This document shows positions 19,788 to 28,178 of a stretch of DNA of 64,000 nucleotides, one piece after another; the first letter of the stretch is position 1, and each line of letters opens with the position of its first letter. The stretch covers positions 1-64,000 of the forward strand of contig CAWDFP010000005.1 in NCBI GenBank assembly GCA_963801605.1, given 5' to 3'. The notes beneath the pieces are model-generated. The model saw only the letters and a program-made list of their open reading frames with translations, did not search any database and was not told where the DNA came from. The DNA is from an uncultured candidate division Zixibacteria bacterium. GTDB lineage: Bacteria; Zixibacteria; MSB-5A5; UBA10806. The position numbers and the translations under genes were made by a program.

Positions 19788-20566
19788 CTCCGATAAAGGC
19801 AATCGCGTTTGTAGCTGGTTCCGGCGGCACCGGACGAACTACAGTTGCTGCCAACCTGGCACATCTTCTTGCTCAGGACGGTCAAAAAGTGCTTCTGTCA
19901 GATCTCTGTTTTGGATGGGGCGGCCTCAATAGTTTCGCGTCCAGGCTGCCTTCATTCGAGAATCTCCTGGAATCTGACGGTAATCCTGAATCGATCATCT
20001 CACACTCCGATGACGGATTCGACTTAATGACCTGTGTCCCTCCTGAATTTGTTGATCTGGAAAATGATGATTTCAAAAAACTCGCCTGGGTATTGGATAG
20101 AGTTGGAACCGCCTATGATCTGGTCATCTATGATGCCCCCTCTGGTGGCCATCCGTTATCGCTTCTGGCAGCCGGGATGAGCAATCGAGTTTTCCTGTTT
20201 GCCCGCCCTGACGCCGCTTCGTTTGGCTCAGCCTTCACGCTTTTGAAATCACTTAATCAGGAAGGCATTAATTCCCGAATTAGATTTATATGCAATTTCG
20301 CGGAATCCGAGGATCACGCTGCTTCCATAAAAACCCGTTTCGATCTGGTCAGTGACCGCTACCTCGGTTTCAAGACCATCTCCGGCGGATATATTCTGCG
20401 TTGCCCCGAGCTTTTCGACGGCGATTTTCAGACCGGCGAGACCAATCGCGTTTCACAAACCCTGCTTGAGCATCTGGATTTAGCAGGCATTGTCTCGTTT
20501 CAAGATGAAACAACGGACAATTCAAGTTTGAACACCTTTCCAGACAGGATTTTTCAAAGACGATAA
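19781..20566 (+). CDS. FlhG/FleN-like MinD/ParA family protein with altered P-loop
   Basis: AGSGGTGRTTVAANLA, YDLVIYDAP, PDAAS...FTLLK, RYLG; between flhF' and fliA. Confidence 0.75.
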   Translation: MVTPIKAIAFVAGSGGTGRTTVAANLAHLLAQDGQKVLLSDLCFGWGGLNSFASRLPSFENLLESDGNPESIISHSDDGFDLMTCVPPEFVDLENDDFKKLAWVLDRVGTAYDLVIYDAPSGGHPLSLLAAGMSNRVFLFARPDAASFGSAFTLLKSLNQEGINSRIRFICNFAESEDHAASIKTRFDLVSDRYLGFKTISGGYILRCPELFDGDFQTGETNRVSQTLLEHLDLAGIVSFQDETTDNSSLNTFPDRIFQRR

Positions 20567-20601
20567 TAAAATGGATATCAATATTTAAGAAGGGCTGGAG
20601 T

Positions 20602-21360
20602 ATGGCAAATTTAGCAACATGGACACGTTTCAGGCAGACTAATGACGAACAGATGCGCACTAAGCTTCTGGCGGATTATCTGCCGCTGGTTAAAAATGTC
20701 GCCGGACGCCTGGCCGTGGGATTCCCCAAATCAGTCGAAATAAACGACCTTGTCAACACCGGCGTTATCGGTCTCATCGAGGCCTTCAATAATTTTGATC
20801 CCGAACGCGGCGTGAAATTTGAAACTTTCGCGGTTCCTCGTATCAGGGGCGCCATCCTTGACGAATTACGGGCCCTCGATTGGGTGCCGCGTTCCACCAG
20901 GGCCAAAGCCCGCAGTATGGATAAAGCCACCACTAAGCTCGAAAACGAACTCGGACGGGGGCCATCCGAAACGGAACTTGCCAGGGTGCTTAATGTCTCT
21001 ATGGAAGAATTGCATTACACCAAAAAGGACGTCAGCGTTACGTGCCTGCTCTCGCTCGATGAACTTATTTGCCGCGAAGATGATAACCGTCAGGTGCCGC
21101 GTATCGAGACCGTCGAAAACTCTACTACCGTCGATGTTCTCCAGGACATGGAAAAAACTGAACTTCGCGTCTTCCTGATTCATGCTATCAGCAATTTATC
21201 TGAACAGGAACGCTTGGTGGTCTCCCTTTATTATTACGAGGAGTTGACCCTAAAGGAAATCGGCGAAATTATGCTCATCTCCGAATCGAGAGTTTCCCAG
21301 ATTCACACTCGTGCGGTCAACCGTCTTAGAGCCATGATAAAAGACAAATTCGCAATTTAA
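20602..21360 (+). CDS. fliA: RNA polymerase sigma28 factor (FliA/WhiG family)
   Basis: YLPLVK.VA, FDPERGVKFETFA..RIRGAILDELR..DWVPRS, YYYEELTLKEIG....SESRVSQIH. Confidence 0.95.
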   Translation: MANLATWTRFRQTNDEQMRTKLLADYLPLVKNVAGRLAVGFPKSVEINDLVNTGVIGLIEAFNNFDPERGVKFETFAVPRIRGAILDELRALDWVPRSTRAKARSMDKATTKLENELGRGPSETELARVLNVSMEELHYTKKDVSVTCLLSLDELICREDDNRQVPRIETVENSTTVDVLQDMEKTELRVFLIHAISNLSEQERLVVSLYYYEELTLKEIGEIMLISESRVSQIHTRAVNRLRAMIKDKFAI

Positions 21361-21402
21361 AGGATAGCGCTTAATAAGCTTTGGAGAATTAAAGGGGATA
21401 TT

Positions 21403-21681
21403 ATGAATAACGGCTTGATCATCATCACAATGCTAACGCTCTGCAACTTCCTGATTTTTATAGCGCTTGTCGCCATCATTATCAAAGCCGGAGCCAGGGA
21501 ACGGAAATCCTCTTTTCGCCAGATTAATTCCACAACCAAAACGCCGGATTCATTACAAACTGCGGTAATAGACAAAATACAAATAAAGACTGCAATTGCA
21601 GGTGACAAAGTCTCATCTGATTACTTTGACGAATATGTGCCAAAATCCGCTAATAATCGGGAGGAGGCATTGGTTCGGTAA
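21403..21681 (+). CDS. Small hypothetical membrane-anchored protein
   Basis: AGGGGA RBS; N-terminal hydrophobic helix; no recognisable motif. Confidence 0.55.
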   Translation: MNNGLIIITMLTLCNFLIFIALVAIIIKAGARERKSSFRQINSTTKTPDSLQTAVIDKIQIKTAIAGDKVSSDYFDEYVPKSANNREEALVR

Positions 21682-21761
21682 CCGGATCGATGCAGAAAAA
21701 TCGCTTTCTGCCGATAGAGTGGACGATGATCGGAAAAGCTTTCGAGGAATAGATAAATTTA

Positions 21762-22505
21762 ATGAATAGAAAACGGATCACATCACAACAAATCCGGCTG
21801 GGATTATGGGAACGAGTCAGCCTGAATATCCAAAAGGATGGCAAATATTCCGAGTTTGCCTCACGTATCGAAGATATCAGACCGCAATCATATATCCTCG
21901 AAATGCCGATCAGGCAAAGCGGAGAATTAGCGCTTAGCAAGGGAGATAATGTGGAAGTTACATATAACAAAACCGATTCGATTTATTCTTTCAAAGCCAG
22001 CATCCTCGATTTTTTTGAGGAGGATGGGGCCGTTGAAATCCAGCAGAAATCAGAGCCTGCCCGTCTGCAGCGCCGCAAATTCATCAGAATAAATATCTCC
22101 GGCAAAATGAACCTGCGAACCCTCGATAATGATTCGGTTAAGGAAAAAGGACTGGGCCCGGATATACCGGGAACGTTACTCAATATCTCCGCCGGCGGGC
22201 TTCTCTTTGAGTGCGGGACAAAACTGACGGAAAATTCGCTGGTTCTGCTTAGCTTCTCTCTAAAGAGTCAGCATTCTCTTAAAAATATCCTGGCTATTAT
22301 CAAACGCTGCGAGGGCTCCAAAAACAAGGGTTATCTGATCGGAGCCGAATTTATCACCCGCGATAATTTTAAGGAACACGGGATGGAAAAACTCGATCAA
22401 TTCCTTCCTCCCGGATGCGGTACATTCGACGAAAATCTGCAGAAACTGGTTCTGCGCTTTATTTATGATCAGCAAATCAACGCTAAGGCTAAGGGCCAGG
22501 CATGA
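21762..22505 (+). CDS. YcgR-like c-di-GMP effector (PilZN + PilZ)
   Basis: QRRKFIR (RxxxR) and NISAGG (D/NxSxxG) motifs; N-terminal SRIEDI...Y.FKA. Confidence 0.85.
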   Translation: MNRKRITSQQIRLGLWERVSLNIQKDGKYSEFASRIEDIRPQSYILEMPIRQSGELALSKGDNVEVTYNKTDSIYSFKASILDFFEEDGAVEIQQKSEPARLQRRKFIRINISGKMNLRTLDNDSVKEKGLGPDIPGTLLNISAGGLLFECGTKLTENSLVLLSFSLKSQHSLKNILAIIKRCEGSKNKGYLIGAEFITRDNFKEHGMEKLDQFLPPGCGTFDENLQKLVLRFIYDQQINAKAKGQA

Positions 22506-22557
22506 AAATCCTTAATTTTTATTATTCAGATGGGTTGCGAAATATCGGGGATGGAAA

Positions 22558-23001
22558 ATGATTGAACAACCCCGCCAGGAAAGCCCGCCGAAAATGGATG
22601 ATTTTACGGGAAAGAAAATACTGGTGGTGGATGATAACGAATATGTTTGTGATATGATTTCGAAGACGCTGGAAAAATATTTGGGGCTGGAGGTTGTTAA
22701 GATCAACTGCGGAAGTCAGGCTATAGCGGCGGCTCTCACGGGCCGTTATGACGGTGCTATTATCGATCTGGCGTTGCAGGGGACTTCAGGCAGCAAGGTG
22801 GTCCGTACTATCAAGACCATGTTGCCGGCCTTGCCGATTTTATCAATATGCGCTCAGCCTACCGATGAGATGCTCTCATCTCTCAAGCGCTATGGTATCA
22901 ACCGCGTTCTGCGAAAGCCTTTTAAGATGACAATACTCATTGATGAGATAACAGAGATGCTGAGAGTCAACAAGACTGTGACTTCTCGGGAATTACGATA
23001 A
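22558..23001 (+). CDS. Single-domain response regulator
   Basis: ILVVDD, AIIDL (phospho-Asp), LRKPF. Confidence 0.85.
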   Translation: MIEQPRQESPPKMDDFTGKKILVVDDNEYVCDMISKTLEKYLGLEVVKINCGSQAIAAALTGRYDGAIIDLALQGTSGSKVVRTIKTMLPALPILSICAQPTDEMLSSLKRYGINRVLRKPFKMTILIDEITEMLRVNKTVTSRELR

Positions 23002-23004
23002 ACT

Positions 23005-23862
23005 ATGGAGGAGCGAGTGCCCGAAGCTATCAAAAAATCGGCTGCAATTAATGCGGAGCAGGAGATCAAGGTGTTGGGGGAAATTTCTGTAATGGTGCAG
23101 GGTTCGCCTGTTGAAAAAAGCTCATTTGAAGAAATACTCAATCATCTCGGAAAGATCGTAGATTTTCGCTCAGCATCATTATTTTTATCGCCTAAAAAGG
23201 GCGGTCAGGTGGAGGAAGTCTGTACCGTCGGACGGCGCGTGGACCTGATCGATTTCGTCAACTTCGATATGGGAAGCGGTATCTCGGCCTGGGTTGCCAA
23301 ACATGGCCGCGCGATTGTCCTTAACAATCTTAGAAAATCCAAAGGTGGTACGCATACCAAGTCATTTATCTCCGTTCCTATGGTTTTTGCCAAAGAGATT
23401 ATCGGAGTCATCAACCTCGCCCATGACGAGCCCGACTCCTTCAGCAAACGCGATATCGAAATCGTTTCCATCGCTGCTTCAATTATTGCTCTCCTGGCCG
23501 AGCGTCTCGCTCATGAGCGATTCCTGGCCGAAAAAGCCGCCGAGGTTGCCGCGCTTGAGCAGAAACTTGAGACTGCCAGGCAGACAAAAATCGAATCTGA
23601 GAAGGCGCCAATTATGGGAAATCCCGGAGCTTCCCTCTCTCAAAAGCTATCTAATCCGCTGGCTATCATTTCCGGTAACGCGCAATTCCTGATGATGACA
23701 CTCAAAACCGCCAATCCCTCAATCATCAAGCGGCTTAAGGCTATCGATAAGGAGGCCGGAAATATAGCAGATTTATCACGCAATAATCTAGATGCTCCAT
23801 CCGATTCCCGAATCGACCATCTTTTTAAGTCCCGGATGGAAGAAGCGCAAATCGGCTCGTAA
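23005..23862 (+). CDS. GAF-domain protein with degenerate HisKA helix and no ATPase domain
   Basis: GSGISAWVA, SFISVPM, IIGVINL, FSKRD; then SQKLSNPLAIISGNAQ. Confidence 0.75.
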   Translation: MEERVPEAIKKSAAINAEQEIKVLGEISVMVQGSPVEKSSFEEILNHLGKIVDFRSASLFLSPKKGGQVEEVCTVGRRVDLIDFVNFDMGSGISAWVAKHGRAIVLNNLRKSKGGTHTKSFISVPMVFAKEIIGVINLAHDEPDSFSKRDIEIVSIAASIIALLAERLAHERFLAEKAAEVAALEQKLETARQTKIESEKAPIMGNPGASLSQKLSNPLAIISGNAQFLMMTLKTANPSIIKRLKAIDKEAGNIADLSRNNLDAPSDSRIDHLFKSRMEEAQIGS

Positions 23863-23883
23863 TGAGCAAATTGCCTTGTCGAA

Positions 23884-25608
23884 ATGCCTGTTACTGTCGA
23901 AATAACGCCCGATAAAAAAGCCCTGGGAAGCCCCGCTCTCCTCTTCAGGCTTGATTCTAATCGTAAAGTTTCAGCCCGTCACGGAGACGAATTCGCCGGA
24001 ATCGCCATTTCTGATTCCAATTCATTTTTCTCCGATATCCTTCCTTTAAATAATGTCGAAATTGATAGGGCTATATCGAGCGCCTTTGATGGTTATCCGA
24101 GCACGGCCAATTATCAAGTCGAAACAGAGGGGCAGACGATTTTCTGCGAATTGCATTGTATTCCTCATAAAAGCGGCAATCAAACTAATATCGCCTGTGT
24201 GCTGATAAACAGAACTGATGACCAGGCCAGGGCCGCTCGCCTCGAATCGGACGTTTACCTTCTCGATATCATCGGTCAGGCCGTCCGGGCATTTGCCGAA
24301 ACCAGGAATCTTTCGGAAATCTTACGCATAATTCTTCTGGGAGTCACTGCCGGGCCGGGACTCGGTTTCAATAGAGGCTTTGTCCTGCTCTGTAACGAAG
24401 CCCGTACATATCTTTGGGGATGCTTAGCCACTGGACCTTCGACACCCGAAGAAGCCGGGGCCATCTGGCAGGAACTTACCAGCCGCTCGCTGACACTCGA
24501 GGAAATTCTCAGGCTGTATAAATCTTCAAACCAGAGCGCTGCCGATATTCATGTCAATAAGCTCGTAGCCACTTTGAAAATTCCGCTTTCTAACGAATCA
24601 AATTTTATTATCAGGGCGGTGAAATCGGGACGCTCCCTGATTACCGGCCCGGACTTAACTGATGACCGGGGAAACTTGCTGCTCAAGGAAGAGTTCGGGA
24701 CCGACCGCATGGCGATTGTGCCCCTGATCTCCCGCGAGGGCCTGCAGGGTGTTTTGTTGGCGGATAATCTCATCACCCAGAAGCCAATCACTGAGGCCGA
24801 ACTTAAGATTCTGGAGATTTTTGCGCGCTATGCTTCCGACGCCATTGAAAATTCCCGCCTGTATGGACGACTTGAGCAGCAGATTTGCCGCCTGAAAGAG
24901 GCTAATGCCAAAATTATCCAATCTCGAGAAAATTTAATCAGGGCCGAGAAGCTTTCGAGCGTTGCCAAAATTGCGCTCGATGTTGCACATGAAATCCGCA
25001 ATCCCTTGACCGTTATCGGTGGTTATGCCAATTCATGTTTACATAAGCTTTCTCCTGATGATCCCTCATACCGCTTTTTCGATATCATTTCGAGGCAGTC
25101 CACCCGTATAGAAAACGCTCTGGATCGCTTTTCCAGCGTGGTTACTCTAAGCGAAAAGCGTGAGGGACGATACCGTCTGGTAAACCTGGTACGCGAGTCC
25201 CTGGCCATTCTTTCGAATGATACCAATCCCGATTTACCGCTTCTGGTCGCTGACCAGGAGGCCGCAAATCTTGATGTATATTTGGATCAGGGGCTGTTTT
25301 ATCAAACAATGATGGTCATCCTGCGGAAATCATCCGAGATAGCCGGCGGCATGGCCAATATTTCGGTAAAAGTAACCCGCAAGGGCGAAACCGGAGTAAT
25401 CTATATTCTGGGCAGTGATAATTGTCCAGGATTTGCCGAAAATTTCTATAGAGGTCTTAGAGACAGCAGTGGTGAACTTAAAAATCAGGAAATGGCGGTG
25501 GCGCTTGAAATCCTGCAGCATTATGGCGGCGGGATTGGAATCGTATCCGAAAACAAAGGTCCCATGCGCTTATATGTGGAATTTCCCTTGTATAAGGAGG
25601 ACGTGTGA
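23884..25608 (+). CDS. GAF-containing sensor histidine kinase-like protein with degenerate HATPase domain
   Basis: GVTAGPGLGFNRGF GAF variant; EKLSSV...VAHEIRNPLTVIGG H-box; N and G2 boxes not recognisable. Confidence 0.82.
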   Translation: MPVTVEITPDKKALGSPALLFRLDSNRKVSARHGDEFAGIAISDSNSFFSDILPLNNVEIDRAISSAFDGYPSTANYQVETEGQTIFCELHCIPHKSGNQTNIACVLINRTDDQARAARLESDVYLLDIIGQAVRAFAETRNLSEILRIILLGVTAGPGLGFNRGFVLLCNEARTYLWGCLATGPSTPEEAGAIWQELTSRSLTLEEILRLYKSSNQSAADIHVNKLVATLKIPLSNESNFIIRAVKSGRSLITGPDLTDDRGNLLLKEEFGTDRMAIVPLISREGLQGVLLADNLITQKPITEAELKILEIFARYASDAIENSRLYGRLEQQICRLKEANAKIIQSRENLIRAEKLSSVAKIALDVAHEIRNPLTVIGGYANSCLHKLSPDDPSYRFFDIISRQSTRIENALDRFSSVVTLSEKREGRYRLVNLVRESLAILSNDTNPDLPLLVADQEAANLDVYLDQGLFYQTMMVILRKSSEIAGGMANISVKVTRKGETGVIYILGSDNCPGFAENFYRGLRDSSGELKNQEMAVALEILQHYGGGIGIVSENKGPMRLYVEFPLYKEDV

Positions 25609-25961
25609 AGAATATTTTGATTGTTGATGATGAAGATGATATCCGCGCTCTATATGAAATCGAATTGAGCGGCGAGGGATTCAAAACGCATTCCGTTTCC
25701 ACCGGTGAGGAAGCTTTACAGTATGTAGCGGCCAATCCCGATGTCGACCTGGTAATTCTCGATATCAAGCTCGGCCAAATGGATGGGCTTAAGGTTCTGG
25801 AGGAACTTCGTAATAAGAAAACTACCATGCCGGTAATCCTGAATTCGGCATATTCCACCTACAAAAGCAATTTCAACTCCTGGCTGGCTGACGCTTACCT
25901 GGTAAAATCGTCCAATCTTTCCGAACTTAAAAATCAGGTCAAGGAGCTGCTGGCGTTTTGA
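25605..25961 (+). CDS. Single-domain response regulator
   Basis: ILIVDDE, VILDIKL, PVILNSAY, YLVKS. Confidence 0.9.
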   Translation: MKNILIVDDEDDIRALYEIELSGEGFKTHSVSTGEEALQYVAANPDVDLVILDIKLGQMDGLKVLEELRNKKTTMPVILNSAYSTYKSNFNSWLADAYLVKSSNLSELKNQVKELLAF

Positions 25962-26326
25962 TCTCTTCGGGAGAAAATGGTACCGACAAAATCCTGACCC
26001 GTCTGGAAGGGGTTTCAGGCGAGATTCAGCTTCTGGCGCTTAATATCGCTGTGGCGGCGGCTAAGATCGCCCACAAGCAGGATTTGGGGCTGGAGGTAAA
26101 CCAGCGTCTTTCGCAATTGGTTAATCAAGCCACCCAGGCTGTCAAGCAGATGAATCAAATCCTGACTCTGGCAGGCTCCAATAGCAGTCAGTATGCCGGC
26201 GCTGATGATAAAAAGGGATTAGATCATGAGTCCATCGAAGGCATAGAAAATTCGATGGAATCTATTATCTCGGACTCGGAGAAGATCACTCGGATCCTCT
26301 CTAATATCAAAAAAAGAGAGCCTTAA
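25958..26326 (+). CDS. Small protein resembling an MCP signalling hairpin tip
   Basis: EIQLLALNIAVAAAK resembles QTNLLALNAAIEAAR; coiled coil; no TM or sensor domain. Confidence 0.55.
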   Translation: MISSGENGTDKILTRLEGVSGEIQLLALNIAVAAAKIAHKQDLGLEVNQRLSQLVNQATQAVKQMNQILTLAGSNSSQYAGADDKKGLDHESIEGIENSMESIISDSEKITRILSNIKKREP

Positions 26327-26327
26327 A

Positions 26328-26726
26328 ATGTCTAAAGGCACGATTCTCATCGTCGAAGATGAATTGGATATTGCTGATATCCTGGGGGAGATGCTCCAGC
26401 TTTTTGGCTATAATACCATCGCTGTCTCCGATGGTATTGACGCCTGGTGTCAGGTATCCGCCAAAGAGTTCGATTTGGTGCTCACCGATCTGCGCCTTCC
26501 GGGCATGGATGGCATTGAACTTCTGACCAAGATGCGCTTGCATGATATTAAAACGCCGGTTCTTTTGATTTCCGGCGTCGATCTGCAGGGACGTCTTTCC
26601 ATCTCGGGTAACATGGGATTGATCGATACTATTCAAAAGCCGTTTAAGATAGATGATCTTAAGGAAAAGATTATCGCTCTTCTCAAAAATTCCAAACCTC
26701 ATCAAAATAAAACTAAACACAAATAG
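26328..26726 (+). CDS. Single-domain response regulator
   Basis: ILIVEDE, VLTDLRLPGMDG, LLISG, IQKPF. Confidence 0.9.
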   Translation: MSKGTILIVEDELDIADILGEMLQLFGYNTIAVSDGIDAWCQVSAKEFDLVLTDLRLPGMDGIELLTKMRLHDIKTPVLLISGVDLQGRLSISGNMGLIDTIQKPFKIDDLKEKIIALLKNSKPHQNKTKHK

Positions 26727-26829
26727 CTGATTTTCCCGTCTCCTTTTGATTCCTATTAAAGCCCTTTCATAACGATATTTATGGTATCGAGGCGCCGTGG
26801 CTTACTGTTCACAAGTGAAAAACTATTGA

Positions 26830-26856
26830 TAATAATGCCCGATTTACAACCGATAA
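26830..26856 (+). promoter_or_regulatory. Putative sigma28 promoter of flgN-like-csrA-fliW
   Basis: TAAT-15 nt-ACCGATAA, 8 nt before ATG 26865. Confidence 0.5.
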
Positions 26857-26864
26857 ATATATTA

Positions 26865-27317
26865 ATGATAGACAAAATCCAGAACTTGATTTCCATTTTA
26901 GTCCGGGAGGAGGAGCTTTTCAGGGAATTCTCCCGCCTGCTTGCCTCCAATTGCGATGGCGCCGATAAGGCGGAAATCACAAGTGAGATGGCAGATCGTT
27001 TGGAGAACCTATCCATGTTTGCCCTGGGGCTTGAATCCTTAACCCAAAATCTGACTGACATTTGCCCAAACTCCGTCGGTCCGGCATCCCGGAAAAGTAT
27101 TGGACAGCTTATCGATAAGACTACCTCGCAGGCATTAAGCAACTTGGCTAACCTGGGCGAAATTATTAATAGATCAAATTACAAAGCGCAGGAACGCAGC
27201 AAACAGACTGAACAATTAATTGATAAATCCAGCCAAATACTATCAGAAACTTCAGTATCGATTGGTAATAATCTGATGAGCATTCGGCACATTCCAAAAG
27301 GGGAACTGGTGTGCTGA
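26865..27317 (+). CDS. FlgN-like helical protein (divergent)
   Basis: [26 protein letters not shown] pattern and L.EIIN.SN...LI recall FlgN; upstream of csrA-fliW; ATG 26781 is an alternative start. Confidence 0.5.
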   Translation: MIDKIQNLISILVREEELFREFSRLLASNCDGADKAEITSEMADRLENLSMFALGLESLTQNLTDICPNSVGPASRKSIGQLIDKTTSQALSNLANLGEIINRSNYKAQERSKQTEQLIDKSSQILSETSVSIGNNLMSIRHIPKGELVC

Positions 27318-27556
27318 TTCTAACGCGCAAAGCCGGCGAAGCCGTGACGATTGGCGATGATATTAAAATCACCGTTCTGAGCATTCAGGGCAAACAGGTG
27401 AAGCTTGGTATCGCGGCTCCGGAAAAAGTAAGCGTCTACCGCGATGAAATCTTTAAGCGGATACAACTCGAGAATGTCAAAGCCTCACTTTCGCTCAAAG
27501 AGGACCTTCAGGAACTGGCCCGTCTGATTAAGGCCAGGAAAAAAGATTCAAACTAA
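27311..27556 (+). CDS. csrA: Carbon storage regulator
   Basis: [34 protein letters not shown]-terminal extension typical of FliW-regulated CsrA. Confidence 0.95.
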   Translation: MLILTRKAGEAVTIGDDIKITVLSIQGKQVKLGIAAPEKVSVYRDEIFKRIQLENVKASLSLKEDLQELARLIKARKKDSN

Positions 27557-27594
27557 ACAGATCGAGAATAATCTCGCTGTAACGGAGTGAATCG

Positions 27595-28050
27595 GTGATA
27601 CTGGAAACAAGCAGATTTGGAAAGTTAAATTATAAAAAAGGCGATATCGTCCTGATGGCCAAAGGGCTATTGGGTTTCGAGGAGCATAAGCAGTTCATCA
27701 TTGTCTCTCCCGAGGATCAGGATCCATTCAAGTGGCTTCAATCTGTTGATGACCCCTCGCTGGCCTTTCTGGTAATCGATCCATCCATCGTGAAAAGCGA
27801 TTATAAAATCGAAATCAGTCCAAAGGACATGGCTCTTTTAGAAGCTAAAAATGTCAAAGACTTGCACACCTATCTTCTGGTAGCTATCCCCAGCGGTCAA
27901 ATCAATAAGATCACAGCCAATTTGCAGGCTCCCATTATTATCAATCAATCCAATCTGAAGGCGCTTCAACTGATTATCAGTGAAAGCGGCTATTTCCCGC
28001 AATATCCCATATTCGACCTGCTTGGGAAAATACTTCCTGACAAAATTTAA
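27595..28050 (+). CDS. fliW: Flagellar assembly factor / CsrA antagonist
   Basis: ETSRFG, GLLGFE, PFKWLQS, LAFLVIDP, TANLQAPIIIN. Confidence 0.93.
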   Translation: MILETSRFGKLNYKKGDIVLMAKGLLGFEEHKQFIIVSPEDQDPFKWLQSVDDPSLAFLVIDPSIVKSDYKIEISPKDMALLEAKNVKDLHTYLLVAIPSGQINKITANLQAPIIINQSNLKALQLIISESGYFPQYPIFDLLGKILPDKI

Positions 28051-28093
28051 CCGTCTTTTCGTTCACTATTGACTCAACTTCCAAATTAGTATC

Positions 28094-28121
28094 TAAAGAA
28101 TTTTGCGCTTTTTGTCGATTA
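28094..28121 (+). promoter_or_regulatory. Putative sigma28 promoter
   Basis: TAAA-16 nt-GTCGATTA upstream of the FlgM-like ORF. Confidence 0.6.
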
Positions 28122-28178
28122 ATACTATAGAAGTCATGATTTTTACTTCTAAGTTTAATTTCTCTTTTAGGGGGATTT

